NCBI GenBank assembly: GCA_964595615.1
Contig: CAZQTE010000004.1
Span: 1 to 39,881 of the forward strand
Reading direction: 5' to 3'
Length of the DNA: 39,881 nucleotides
Origin: an uncultured Saprospiraceae bacterium
GTDB taxonomy: Bacteria > Bacteroidota > Bacteroidia > Chitinophagales > Saprospiraceae
The notes below the pieces were generated by a model, which saw only the letters and a list, made by a program, of their open reading frames with translations, was not told the DNA's origin and searched no databases. A program made the position numbers and the translations under genes. Position 1 is the first letter of the stretch; every line of letters begins with the position of its first letter. Of the stretch, positions 17,610-28,300 are shown piece after piece.

Positions 17610-18149
17610 TCAAGTTGTACTATTCTTATTTTCATAGTCAGATATCATTTTTAATACTCTTTTCCCACGACTTTTAAATCCCGCTGACCCGTAATCCAAC
17701 CAATCTTCTATTGTCGCCCTTAGTTCAGGCATCAGTTCAGGAACTTCTTTACAAATATTCCATAAAACGGACATTGAAAAGACTCGAATTGCTACAGCGA
17801 TATTGGGGTCTTCTAACCAAGTAAAGCAAACATCTGCTACTTCACCATAATATTCTTCTGGAATTTCTACGTTTTGTAATATGCGTACAATGTTACGCTT
17901 GACAGCATCATGAATATCAGGCTTGCGTAAGTGTTTAATTATTTCAGGTAAAAAAGGTTGGAGTAAATAAGGATACCTATCATGAATGTGCCCCAATACC
18001 ATAGCTGCTCGCTGTGAAATTCTGTATTCATTTTCTAAAAATAAATTAACTAATACTGCAAACCGGTCTCTATCGGTACCTACCCATTCTTTTATCAAAT
18101 CTGCATTTGCTCTTGAGTGTTCTGCCAATAATTGACTTTTTATATCCAT
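17610..18149 (-). CDS. HEAT/ARM-repeat protein, DNA-alkylation-repair-like
   Basis: 179 aa, all-helical. It resembles the AlkD/DNA alkylation repair enzyme family in layout (RISQRAAMVLGHI..., VKRNIVRILQNV...). The functional call is weak. Confidence 0.4.
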   Translation of the reverse strand: MDIKSQLLAEHSRANADLIKEWVGTDRDRFAVLVNLFLENEYRISQRAAMVLGHIHDRYPYLLQPFLPEIIKHLRKPDIHDAVKRNIVRILQNVEIPEEYYGEVADVCFTWLEDPNIAVAIRVFSMSVLWNICKEVPELMPELRATIEDWLDYGSAGFKSRGKRVLKMISDYENKNSTT

Positions 18150-18447
18150 TTTACTAACTGTTTATACGTATTTTTAAGAGAAAACACATCAAAATTAAGA
18201 TAATTGGACAACTATTTTTTATTTTTGTAATTGTAGATTTAAGTTAAATTTTGAGAATACCCTCCCATCTCAAAATACTCCCCATTTTCAATAATCAAAC
18301 TTCACGTATTAATTATATTGACTTTAAAGAGTCTCCCCCCTTCTTTAATGCAATTTCTATTTTCAATGTTAGTAGTACCAGCTAAACTTGGTATATCTTT
18401 TTTTAGGTATCTCTGAGTGTTCGCTTGTATTAAAAAAAACAAATACT

Positions 18448-21400
18448 ATGTTTTTCATCACTCAACACAAATTGAGGGGCTTACTCTGCGTTGCATTATT
18501 ATTTTTATCTATTTCTATTTTTGCTCAATTTAGTCTGAAAGCCGACCGTACGACAGCAAATTACGATATTGGAGAAACGGCAGAGTTTATTCTAAACTCT
18601 TCACAAAGTGGGACAGCAACCTACAAATTAAAATATGATAATATCACCCCTGCTATTGAAACGGGTAGTATAGCCGTTTTTGCAAACGCCCCTGCTACTA
18701 TTCCATTCCAAGGAGCAAGTGCAGAAGTAGTATTGTGTGAAGTAAGTCTCAATGGAGTTACAAAAACTTCAGCGGCTGTTTTTGATAGTCAAAATATTGA
18801 CTTATTTAGTGAGGAGCCTTCAGATTTTGACCAATTTTGGGACAATCAAAAAAACATATCTGCCTCTATTCCCCTTGATCCTCAATTAACGTATCATTCA
18901 AACGATGGTGAAGTTACTAATTACCGTATCAATCTTGCTAATGTTGATAATAGACGCGTTTACGGTTATATTAGTATCCCCAATAGTGGAAGCAATTTCC
19001 CTGCAATCATCACCTTACCTCCTTTTAGTAGTGCTGCGAATACTGTTAGTCCTCAAAGCTTTGTAGCTAATAGAGCTGGTGTTATCTCTGCTACCATTTC
19101 TGTTCACAATGCAGAACCTGATCAAGTAGACCCTTCCGCTTATGAGCCGAATATTATTAATGATAGAGATAATTATTATTATCGTTATGCAATACTAGGA
19201 ACTTTAAGAATGATTGATTATTTGTACACGAGGTCCGACTTTGACGGTCAAAATATTGGCATCACGGGAGTAAGTCAAGGAGGAGGATTAGCATTAATAG
19301 CTGCTGGTCTTGATGACCGTGTAAAATCTCTTTCGATAAGTAATCCTGCCATGTGTAGACATGCAGGCTATGACCAAGGTAAAGCAAGCGGTTTCCCTTA
19401 TTATGTCCAACGCTCTGACTTTTTGGAGAATAATGCAACTCATTATGCGCAGACTCTTTCAGCATCTCGTTATTACGATGCTGCGTATTTTGCACGTCGT
19501 TACATGGGACCGACATTAGCTATTGTCAGCTATGCAGATGATATTACGCCAGCAGGAACAAGTTTTGCAGCTCTAAATGAATTGCGAGCTAATAAAATAA
19601 TTGCTCACGCCCGAGACTTAGGTCATACGCACCCTTCGGCATACTGGGAAGGACGCTATAATTTATGGCGTCATGAATTTCCTGCAACGATACAACTCCC
19701 TTATCATACCAATACAGGATACTGGGCAGAGGCTGGTGATGATCGCACAGCAACAACGGATACAGAGCTGGACCTTAGTGGACAAGTATTTCAGAATGGT
19801 GTAAACAACTATAGTTTCCCTGTCGAATGGGAACTTATCGAGGGACCAGATGATGTTACATTTAGCAATGAAAACGTTGCCAATCCTTCGGTTGAATTTG
19901 ATACTCCAGGGCGATATTTATTACGTTTCACAGCTTATGATTACGGTAGTCTGATGAATGAAGGAATTTTTCATGAAATTTCGGATTTCATGTATGTAGA
20001 TGTCGAAGGAAACGGTCAACAAGCGGATACGAGCCTACCAACTTGTCAATTAACTTTTGCTGGTTTTAATCCAGGAGGAAGCCTAAGGATTTCAGCTACA
20101 TTTAGTGAGCCTGTTATTGGTTTGACAGCAGATGATTTTCAAGTTACCAATGGAACAGTAGAGTCAATAGTAGGTGGTGGTGCCAACTACACTTTAGATG
20201 TTTTTCCGCTTGTAGTTGGAAATGTTCGTATTAGCTTGCCTTTTGGACAAGCAACGGATACTGCTGGAAACCTAAATTTGCCTTCAAATCAAGTTAGTAT
20301 TTTTATAAGCAGCCCTCCTCCTCCTCCTGGTGGTGGCTGTGATAATGTTTTTTCTGGTGGTGAAATTAGTGGAGATGAAAGTAGATGTGAGGCTTTTAAT
20401 CCAAGTACTATAACTAGTAATTCTTCACCTGTAGGCGGCACTGGAACTCTAGAATACCAATGGCAATCGGCGCCTTCCCTGTCAGGAAATTGGACAAATA
20501 TACCAAATGCGAACTCTGTTACTTTTAATCCAACATTTTTAAGTACAACAAGTTATTTTAGACGTCTTGCACGTCGCGCTGGCTGTGATGACTATGAAGG
20601 GATAAGTAATGCAATTGTTAAAGAAATAATAGAAAACGAAGAACCCGTATCGAATGCGCCTACTGGTTACTGCGCAATGCAGGGAGATAATCCAAATAAC
20701 TTTTTCATCAGAAAAATAGAGTTGGAGAATTTATCTCATGAATCTTCAAGAGAAGGCTATGCGGACTTTACATCAGAGTCTGCCACTTTAGCACCAGGCA
20801 GTGTTTATATAGCTCACTTAACACCTGGTAATGAGTCCGTTACAAATAATTGGGTGGGTTGGATTGACTACAATAGAGACGGAGATTTTAATGACGAGAG
20901 AGAATTAATTATTTTTAAAAGCGACAATACCACTGTTAATGCATTTTTTGAAGTGCCAGCCAATGTAGAACTAGGTGCAACTCGTATGCGTATCGCATTG
21001 CGTGGTAATAGTTTTCCAGCTCCCTGCTATTCGTACGCGGAAGGTGAAGTAGAAGATTATACTATTATTTTGGGTAGCGAAGCTGGTTCTGGTGGAGGTC
21101 CTACGACCAATCCTAGCCCAACAAATCCAAATCCAACACCAACTTACTGTGAAGCAAGAGGTACAGAGCCTTGGTGGCAATGGATTTCACGCGTACAATT
21201 TGCAGATTTAGATCATAGTAGTTTTAAAGAAAGATACGGCGACTTTACAGATAGATTTGCCAATGTAGAAGCTGGAAATACTTATGAACTAAGTCTGACT
21301 CCTGATTTCTCTTGGCTTATTTTTGATATGAATTGGAAAGTTTGGATTGACTTTAATCAAGATGGAGATTTTGAAGATACAGGAGAGTTAGTTGCGGATG

Positions 21401-22140
21401 GAATATCTGGTTCAGAAATAAGTTTTGATGTACAAATTCCGTCCTCTGCCCCTACAGGTACAACAGGAATGCGAGTTGCCTCAAATGTTGATGAAATCCC
21501 AGATGCCTGTACAAACATTGTACGGGGAGAATTTGAAGATTATTCTATTGTTGTTAGCGGTAACGACTGTGGGAATGGAAACAATCGTTTTAGTCCAATC
21601 TTAGATTTAGTAGCACAACCTTACGCACGTGAAGTAGAACTACACTGGACTACAAATACTGAATATAAAAATAAAAATTTCATTATTGAACACTCTTTAG
21701 ATGGTGTCAATTTTGTGGAATTAGGGCAACAGGAAAGTCTTACAGATGGCTATCTACCAAATGTATATCGTATAAAACACGAAAATCCACCTCTTGGAGA
21801 GAACATTTATCGTGTTAAACAAATATATAATAATGGAAGCCATGTATACAGTGAAGCGAAAAAAGTGCTTTTCACGCTAGATTTAGAAGCATTCATCCCC
21901 TATCCTAACCCTTCCTCACAAAAGTTGTATTTACCTCTACAAAAATACGCGGGACAGACCGCGCATGTGAAAATTTATAATAACTTTGCACAACTTTTGA
22001 GAACATCCGTCGTAAACAGTCTGTCGATTGAACCGGAGGAAATTGATGTGTCAGATTTACAGGACGGTATTTATTACATCTCTATAGAGATTGCCGGGCA
22101 AAGAACTATTAGCCGGGCATTCACAGTTTTTCGAATTTAA
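18448..22140 (+). CDS. Multidomain T9SS cargo: acetyl-xylan-esterase-like serine hydrolase, Ig-like domains, 2 GEVED domains, T9SS C-terminal sorting domain
   Basis: Start taken at the ATG at 18448 (signal LLCVALLFLSISIFAQ). AXE1-like N-terminal part with nucleophile elbow GVSQG. GEVED signatures AEGEVEDYTI and VRGEFEDYSI. C-terminal PYPNPSSQKLYL...GIYYISIEIAGQ...FTVFRI. Confidence 0.8.
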   Translation: MFFITQHKLRGLLCVALLFLSISIFAQFSLKADRTTANYDIGETAEFILNSSQSGTATYKLKYDNITPAIETGSIAVFANAPATIPFQGASAEVVLCEVSLNGVTKTSAAVFDSQNIDLFSEEPSDFDQFWDNQKNISASIPLDPQLTYHSNDGEVTNYRINLANVDNRRVYGYISIPNSGSNFPAIITLPPFSSAANTVSPQSFVANRAGVISATISVHNAEPDQVDPSAYEPNIINDRDNYYYRYAILGTLRMIDYLYTRSDFDGQNIGITGVSQGGGLALIAAGLDDRVKSLSISNPAMCRHAGYDQGKASGFPYYVQRSDFLENNATHYAQTLSASRYYDAAYFARRYMGPTLAIVSYADDITPAGTSFAALNELRANKIIAHARDLGHTHPSAYWEGRYNLWRHEFPATIQLPYHTNTGYWAEAGDDRTATTDTELDLSGQVFQNGVNNYSFPVEWELIEGPDDVTFSNENVANPSVEFDTPGRYLLRFTAYDYGSLMNEGIFHEISDFMYVDVEGNGQQADTSLPTCQLTFAGFNPGGSLRISATFSEPVIGLTADDFQVTNGTVESIVGGGANYTLDVFPLVVGNVRISLPFGQATDTAGNLNLPSNQVSIFISSPPPPPGGGCDNVFSGGEISGDESRCEAFNPSTITSNSSPVGGTGTLEYQWQSAPSLSGNWTNIPNANSVTFNPTFLSTTSYFRRLARRAGCDDYEGISNAIVKEIIENEEPVSNAPTGYCAMQGDNPNNFFIRKIELENLSHESSREGYADFTSESATLAPGSVYIAHLTPGNESVTNNWVGWIDYNRDGDFNDERELIIFKSDNTTVNAFFEVPANVELGATRMRIALRGNSFPAPCYSYAEGEVEDYTIILGSEAGSGGGPTTNPSPTNPNPTPTYCEARGTEPWWQWISRVQFADLDHSSFKERYGDFTDRFANVEAGNTYELSLTPDFSWLIFDMNWKVWIDFNQDGDFEDTGELVADGISGSEISFDVQIPSSAPTGTTGMRVASNVDEIPDACTNIVRGEFEDYSIVVSGNDCGNGNNRFSPILDLVAQPYAREVELHWTTNTEYKNKNFIIEHSLDGVNFVELGQQESLTDGYLPNVYRIKHENPPLGENIYRVKQIYNNGSHVYSEAKKVLFTLDLEAFIPYPNPSSQKLYLPLQKYAGQTAHVKIYNNFAQLLRTSVVNSLSIEPEEIDVSDLQDGIYYISIEIAGQRTISRAFTVFRI

Positions 22141-22153
22141 TCCCGTTAGCAAT

Positions 22154-22186
22154 AAAGCAGCCGTTCATTCGGCTGCTTTTCTTTTG
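22154..22186 (+). terminator. Intrinsic terminator of the esterase/GEVED gene
   Basis: Stem aaagcagccg / cggctgcttt with loop ttcatt, followed by tcttttgg. Confidence 0.8.
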
Positions 22187-22207
22187 GTTATTACTGGGAT
22201 AATAAAT

Positions 22208-22246
22208 AAAAGCCCTTCTTATTCAATGAATAAGAAGGGCTTTTTA
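22208..22246. terminator. Bidirectional intrinsic terminator
   Basis: 13-bp stem gcccttcttattc / gaataagaagggc. It is flanked by an A-rich 5' run and a ttttt 3' run. Confidence 0.7.
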
Positions 22247-22355
22247 TTTACTAGTACTGTGAACAGAAGTTTATTAAACTTTTGCTACACGGTATTAGGA
22301 ATGTAAATCGTAATTCTAAAAGACTCTTTACATTTATAAGTATGTAATCCTATTT

Positions 22356-22513
22356 TTAGACTTTGGACGAAAGATTTTAGATATTAGATTACTGAACAGT
22401 AATATTAATGTAATGCGTATTTCTTTGATTATCAATGTTTTTAAAAGTCGAAAGATTGATTTTTCGCTTGAATAGTCTAACATCTAAAGTCTAATATCTT
22501 TTGTCCAAAGTCC
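22356..22513. mobile_element. MITE-like 158-bp element with imperfect terminal inverted repeats and 10-bp flanking direct repeats
   Basis: Left end gactttggacgaaagat and the reverse complement of the right end gactttggacaaaagat match at 16/17 positions. aatcctattt occurs at 22346-22355 and again at 22514-22523. Confidence 0.6.
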
Positions 22514-22534
22514 AATCCTATTTATAAGTTGAAC

Positions 22535-23413
22535 TTACGGAGTAAATACACTATCTGCTTTCTTTTTCAAACCAAACTGATAAGCCATTGTAAAGTTTAT
22601 ATTTTTGAAAGGCTCAAAAGTCTGTTCATTAATATCTGGCGTTTCTTCTAAATCAACAGGACGATTAAAACGATAATCTCTCAAGCCATGCTGATACGAT
22701 AAATTAAAAATCAAATTATCAGAAGAAGTATAAGAAATCCCACCTTTGATACCATAATCAAAAGCATTATAGTTACCTTTTGAATCGTCTATTTCTGTTG
22801 TCACCCCATTCGCTGCAGGCAAAAATAAGTTAAACAAGCCACCTACTCCACCACCAACTTCGCCTAATAATTCTTCAATGTCTATCACCTGTAATAAAGG
22901 AGTCGTTTCCGTTATCGTCGTATTACTTTCTGCGCTCACCATGTAAGCAGCGTAACCACCAAGAGAAAATCCGACCTTCCCAGTCTTCACTTCTACCATT
23001 AATGGAATTTCAATAAAATTAGCTTTGATTGTTCCTTCGTATTGACGATTAACATCTAAGTTGAAGCCTGCACCGCCTATGCCAGAGAGTAATTCTTCGG
23101 CATCAAAGCCACCGCCACCAAAACCACCTAGTGCACCATTGATAACATCTAAAACAGACCCAACAGATGTAGAGTCAAATGATTGGTGTTTTTGAGTAAA
23201 ATAAACACCTGACCTCAAAGAAAATTTATCATTAAAGGCATAGCTCAAACGCAATCCACCATTAACTCCCAATTGGTAGTTTTGAGCATTTCCAGTTTCG
23301 ATTGTAGGCGATAAATTAACGCCCAACTCTGGCCCGAGGAAGAGTTTTTGAGCTGAAATAGAATTGAGATTTAAGAATAAAATACCGCCAAGGAGTAGAA
23401 GAAATTTTTTCAT
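22535..23413 (-). CDS. Outer-membrane beta-barrel protein (porin-family fold)
   Basis: 292 aa. Signal peptide, Gly-rich loops, alternating strands, and a C-terminal FTMAYQFG-type strand. Confidence 0.65.
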   Translation of the reverse strand: MKKFLLLLGGILFLNLNSISAQKLFLGPELGVNLSPTIETGNAQNYQLGVNGGLRLSYAFNDKFSLRSGVYFTQKHQSFDSTSVGSVLDVINGALGGFGGGGFDAEELLSGIGGAGFNLDVNRQYEGTIKANFIEIPLMVEVKTGKVGFSLGGYAAYMVSAESNTTITETTPLLQVIDIEELLGEVGGGVGGLFNLFLPAANGVTTEIDDSKGNYNAFDYGIKGGISYTSSDNLIFNLSYQHGLRDYRFNRPVDLEETPDINEQTFEPFKNINFTMAYQFGLKKKADSVFTP

Positions 23414-23550
23414 GTTTATATTATAAATTTGGAAAATGAAATTAAAGGCGGTTCTCGAAAAGGCGTGTTGCTAAAATAAAGCGCAAAAGTAACGTAATCT
23501 TTTGGATTTCAAGTAGTATAGCGTTTAAGTTCTTTTGTTATTTAAAAGTT

Positions 23551-23646
23551 AAGAGTTGTAGAGTTGAGAGGTTGTGGGTTGTGAGGTCGGTGAACAAGAT
23601 AGAATGGTAATCTCAGAACCCGCAACCTCACAACTCTGCAACTCTT
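23551..23646. repeat. GGTTGNG-type inverted arrays (35-bp imperfect stem)
   Basis: Arms 23551-23585 aagagttgtagagttgagaggttgtgggttgtgag and 23612-23646 ctcagaacccgcaacctcacaactctgcaactctt pair at 31/35 positions. The element overlaps the first base of the stop codon of the LysM-CAP gene. Confidence 0.85.
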
Positions 23647-24854
23647 TAGTAAGCGTATTTCTGCACCCAGCTATTTGGCATCATTCCTACTTTTCCAATT
23701 TTGTAGCACGCTACATATTGCCATTCTTTTTGTAGCATGGTTTTGCGGTGTCCTCGATTGGGGATACCATCATCAATCAACAAAATCATAACTGACTCAC
23801 GAACCGTAGAAGGTCCACCTACAAGGTTTTCATTACCGTCTGTCAATTCTGGGCAAGCACGTAAAACTCTATCCCAAGGATAAGAATCATCTGTACCTAC
23901 ATGATCTACACTGCCTGTTGGGCGTTGGTCTTCGCCGTGATTACGAGCAGCGCGGTAGAGGCATTCTCTTGGTTTTAATACCGAGCGAGCAGGTGTATTA
24001 CGCAATTCTGCAATCAATTCATCACAAACAGCAATAGAGCCAAAACCCTCTCCACGTAAGATTTTTGCTTTATATTCTTCAACATAAGGAATGTAAGCTA
24101 CTGGATTTGAACGAACTAAATTTATCTCATCAATCATTGCCAATTCCTCTGACTTCATATAAGAAGCCGCCGCAGGTTGTGGTGCGTTAGGATTAGTTTC
24201 TGGTTGAGGTTTATTTGTTTGAGTTTGTGTAGATGGGTTATATCGAGGGTCTGGCTGCGGATTGGGTTGTGTTCTTTCTTGTTGTCCCCATGTTCCAGTT
24301 TCAGTATTTCCAACTTTTCCTTTTTCACCAGTGTATCCTTGTTCAAAGTAGCATTCACTGACAACTAAGACAGCACCTGGATTTGGTTGATAGTTTATCG
24401 CTAAGCTATTCATTTCTATCATTCTCTCGGTTGTATAACCATAGAAATTTGCGATACTTTGTAGTGTCTCTCCTGCTGCGACAATGTGTGTACCGCGACT
24501 TGCTGCAAGACGTGAAGCGTAACTTGTTGTATTAGTTTGTGGAGCAATCCGCTGTGTAGGAGAAGTGTATTCTGTTGGTACTGGGCGCGTATTTTGCTGC
24601 GACTGTGTACTGCGTGCAGTGAATTCTAATTGAGGAACATTTAACTCGGAACAAACTGAAATTAAAGTATTATCTGTAAGACGATTTAAACGGCTTAATT
24701 CTGCAACACTAGTACCATACATTTTGGCAATACCGTAAAGTGTTTGACCTGATTGGACGACGTGAATATTTCCACGGGAACTACTTGGACATTGTGCATT
24801 GGACGGAATTGCAAAGAATAAAGCAACTACTGCCAATATTATTTGATTTCTCAT
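23646..24854 (-). CDS. Secreted LysM-LysM-CAP/SCP (YkwD-like) protein
   Basis: Start taken at Met37 (MRNQIILAVVALFFAIPSNAQ signal). Two LysM motifs (HVVQSGQTLYGIAKMYG, HIVAAGETLQSIANFYG), a Pro/Gln/Thr-rich linker, and a C-terminal CAP-like domain (INLVRSNP..., GHRKTML, YVACY). Confidence 0.75.
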   Translation of the reverse strand: MRNQIILAVVALFFAIPSNAQCPSSSRGNIHVVQSGQTLYGIAKMYGTSVAELSRLNRLTDNTLISVCSELNVPQLEFTARSTQSQQNTRPVPTEYTSPTQRIAPQTNTTSYASRLAASRGTHIVAAGETLQSIANFYGYTTERMIEMNSLAINYQPNPGAVLVVSECYFEQGYTGEKGKVGNTETGTWGQQERTQPNPQPDPRYNPSTQTQTNKPQPETNPNAPQPAAASYMKSEELAMIDEINLVRSNPVAYIPYVEEYKAKILRGEGFGSIAVCDELIAELRNTPARSVLKPRECLYRAARNHGEDQRPTGSVDHVGTDDSYPWDRVLRACPELTDGNENLVGGPSTVRESVMILLIDDGIPNRGHRKTMLQKEWQYVACYKIGKVGMMPNSWVQKYAY

Positions 24855-24963
24855 ATTTGTTAGTTTTCTTTTTGGTATAAAATGCTGTCTTATCTTATCA
24901 ATTAAACAGACGGATAATACTGTAAAGTTAAACATTTTTTCCGATACATAAGTACGTGACATT

Positions 24964-25097
24964 ATTTATGTGGATAAATTTGACAGAGAGATTTTTTTGA
25001 TAGTTTTCTCTTAAAAATCGTTGCATGGTCTGCATCACGGAACTATTTTTAAGAGGAAAATAGCGGAAAAACATCCTGTCAAAATGTCCAGATAAAT
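24964..25097. repeat. 134-nt imperfect palindrome in the divergent promoter region
   Basis: Arms about 24964-25022 and 25041-25097. Matched blocks are atttat, tgga, tttgacag and ctcttaaaaat. Confidence 0.65.
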
Positions 25098-25218
25098 AGT
25101 GTTACGTACTTATATTGTTCTAAACGCACACATATTACTCTATATCTGCCAATATTTTAGATTAATACCTTACAGTAAAACCTATTATTATTTTTTAAAT
25201 ATTTGACAAATAAATTTA

Positions 25219-25226
25219 TATCTTTG
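25219..25226 (+). promoter_or_regulatory. Candidate Bacteroidota -7 box TATCTTTG
   Basis: It matches TAnnTTTG about 170 nt upstream of the 1680-aa gene. A TTG lies 13 nt upstream, which is suboptimal spacing. Confidence 0.25.
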
Positions 25227-25398
25227 CAACATCGCTCAAAGAGGATAGAAAATTTAAAATTATACTCCTACCCCATTCTGTACAAATCCTCGTTTAGACA
25301 AAATTCATCGCCTGCAATTAATTGATTATTATTTCTTAAAATGAACCGTTCTTTAAAAACAACACGATACAGGTTTTAAAGAACTAAAAACTATTATC

Positions 25399-28300
25399 AT
25401 GAAAGCGTCCCACTTGCTTTTAATGGCTACTCTTGTCTTTTGCTCTTTCTCCCTTTCAGCACAGCATCAAGAGACTAAGTACAATACTTCTGACAACGCG
25501 ACACTACCAGATTGGGTACAACTCATGTACTCAAATGAAGCAGACCCCGGAGAGGTAAAAACGCTCTACGAAGAATATTATCTCGCCCACGATTTCATCA
25601 AAAATCAACATACGCAATACTACAAACACTGGATGCGGAACATCTCTCGTGATGTCAATGGTTTATTTTGGAATGACGGAAGTATTGACAAGACAAAAGT
25701 CCTTAATAACGAAGCAAAGTACCTGGAACGCCGCGCTTTAACTAAGAGTACAGCCGTGACAGGAACAGATTGGGAATGTATAGGACCAGTAGATTATGAC
25801 CACGATGCAGCAGGACGTAGTTATGCGCCAGGTGCAGGTCATGTTTACACTATTGAACAGTCCGCCTCGGATGCGAATACCATGTGGGCAGGTACGGCAT
25901 CGGCAGGTGTTTACAAATCAACAGACTATGGTCTAAATTGGCTGCCAGTAACAGATGATTTGCCATTGACAAGCTGTCGTGCTTTAGAAATTGACCACAC
26001 GGACGCTAATACGGTTTACTTTTCTGCCAAAGGCGACCTTTACAAAACAACGGATGCAGGTGTATCTTGGACTGTAGTTGGCAATGCGACTTTTAATGCA
26101 GATGATAGATATGCAAATGACATTGTCATGCATCCTACTCAAAATAATGTGCTATTTGTCTGTGCCGATAATGGCTTATTTAGAACGTCAGATAGTGGTG
26201 CAAATTTCACACAATTAAAAGGTGGGGAATGGCAAGAATTGGAATTTCATCCAACAAATAATACTATAGTCTACGCAGTCAAAAAAGAGGGAGAACATAC
26301 CGAGTTTTATAAGTCAACGGATAGTGGTTTGACATGGGTAATGAAAGGGAATGGCTGGCCTGGCATTAGTTCTTCTTCTTCCACTACTTTCAATGCATTG
26401 GAGAATGCAGGCGCTAGTTCTGACTATGTTTCTTTTGCTTCAAATCCTAATTTGGGTGAGGGCGCAAATGCCGATTTTACGATAGAATTGCGTATTAAAT
26501 CTACAGGTTGGTCAGGTGACCCTTCTATCATTTCTAATAAAAATTGGGCAAGTGGAGCTAATGCAGGTTTTGTGGTTGCAGCGAATGGTTCAGGTTGGAA
26601 GTTTAATATCGGCGATGGTTCAAATCGCATTGACTTAAATGGAAATACAATCAATGATAATGAATGGCATCATATCGCGATTAGCTACGACCAAGACGGA
26701 ACTAAAACGCTTTATCAAAATGGTACACAAGTCAGCAGCAGCAACGACATCTTAACCAATAGTACGGCAACAGCATTAGATTTAGCTTTATTTCAAGACG
26801 GTACTTTAAACTATGGTTTTGGTTTGAATGCTCAGGTTTCTGATGTTCGGATTTGGTCAACAGTTTTGGACGCGGCGACTATTGCCAGCAATGTTTGTTC
26901 TACTGTAGACAATACGCATTCAAACTATACAGACTTGCTCCATTATTGGAAGGTAGATGAAAATACAGGCACAACAATAACAGACAGTAAAGGCTCAAAT
27001 AACGGGACGACAAATGGCTCAAATACATGGACTGCAAACAATCCAATGACTTGTAATATCATTAATCTCGGCGCGGATGAACACCAACGTCGGACAGAGA
27101 TTGCAGTCAGTCCTGCTGACCCAAATTTAGTTATTGCTCATGCCTCTGGTGCGGTAAATGGTGGTAGTGGCTTATTTGGTATTTACAAAAGTACAGATGC
27201 TGGCGAAACTTGGACGTTCAACTGTTGTGGTCCTCAACCTGGTGGCGCTGCTTCTACTACTAATCCAAACATGATGGGCTATGCAGATAATGGAGATAGC
27301 GATGGTGGTCAATATTATTATGATATGGCAATGGATATTTCAAAAACCAATGCAGACCATATTTCTGTCGCGGGTATTCAACGTTGGGAAACGCTGGATG
27401 GTGGCGCGACTTGGGACTGCCCAGCCAAATGGAGTCACCCACATAAAGCGACTTATATTCATGCAGATATTCACGATTTACGCTACTTAGCAAATGGAGA
27501 TATTTGGGTCGCGTGTGACGGAGGAATTTATTACTCTGATGACAATGGTGCTTCTTTCACACGTCGTATGTATGGTATTGCGGGGACAGATTTTTGGGGT
27601 TTTGGTGCTGGTTTTCAAGACGGAGATGTCATGGTCGGTGGGACTTATCACAACTCTACGATGATAAAAGATGGTGATACTTATATCAATGGCTGGATTT
27701 CGACAGCGATTGGAGGTGCAGGTGGTGATAATGTGCGGGGTTTTGTTAATCCTGCTAAAGAAAAAACGGTTTATATGGATGCGGGGAAACGTGTCTTGAC
27801 AGGCGATAGAAATACCAATTTCTCAAATTACTCTTTTGCGCAACAGACCAATGCATCTTATGTCACAGGAGCAAGTAGTGATATGCTTTTCCACCCCAAT
27901 AATCCTAATATTATTTATACCGCAACAGAAAATGCTCTTTGGAAAACGGAGGACGACGGTGGTACATTTTCAATGATACATGATTTTGGAGAACAAATAG
28001 TTGCTATGGATATTTGTTTCTCAAATCCTGATGCAATGTATGTCTCTACTTATCCTGGCTGGTGGGACCAGAAAAATCTCTACAAAACAATCGATGCTGG
28101 CGCAACTTGGACACAACTCACTCTTCCTTTCTCTGGTAGTCTGTGGGCGCCTTTAGATGTTGTCGTTGATGCCGAAAACCCTTTGAATGTTTGGATTGCT
28201 CGGACTCCTCAAAGTGGTGGTTACAATTCTTTAGACGGTGAAAAGGTCTACTATTCCGATGACGGCGGTCTAAATTGGACAAACTGGACTACAAGTATTT

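Noticed and set aside
18388-18447. TTG-initiated extension of the 1250-aa ORF
   Set aside because: The ATG at 18448 is directly followed by a signal peptide. The TTG start is only the longest-ORF artefact.
24855-24962. 36-codon N-terminal extension of the LysM-CAP ORF
   Set aside because: Met37 is followed by a canonical signal peptide (MRNQIILAVVALFFAIPSNAQ). The extension has no such features.
24969-24977. TGTGGATAA, a perfect DnaA-box 9-mer
   Set aside because: It is a single box. One chance occurrence in 40 kb on two strands is not surprising, and no cluster or adjacent AT-rich unwinding element of the usual kind is present.
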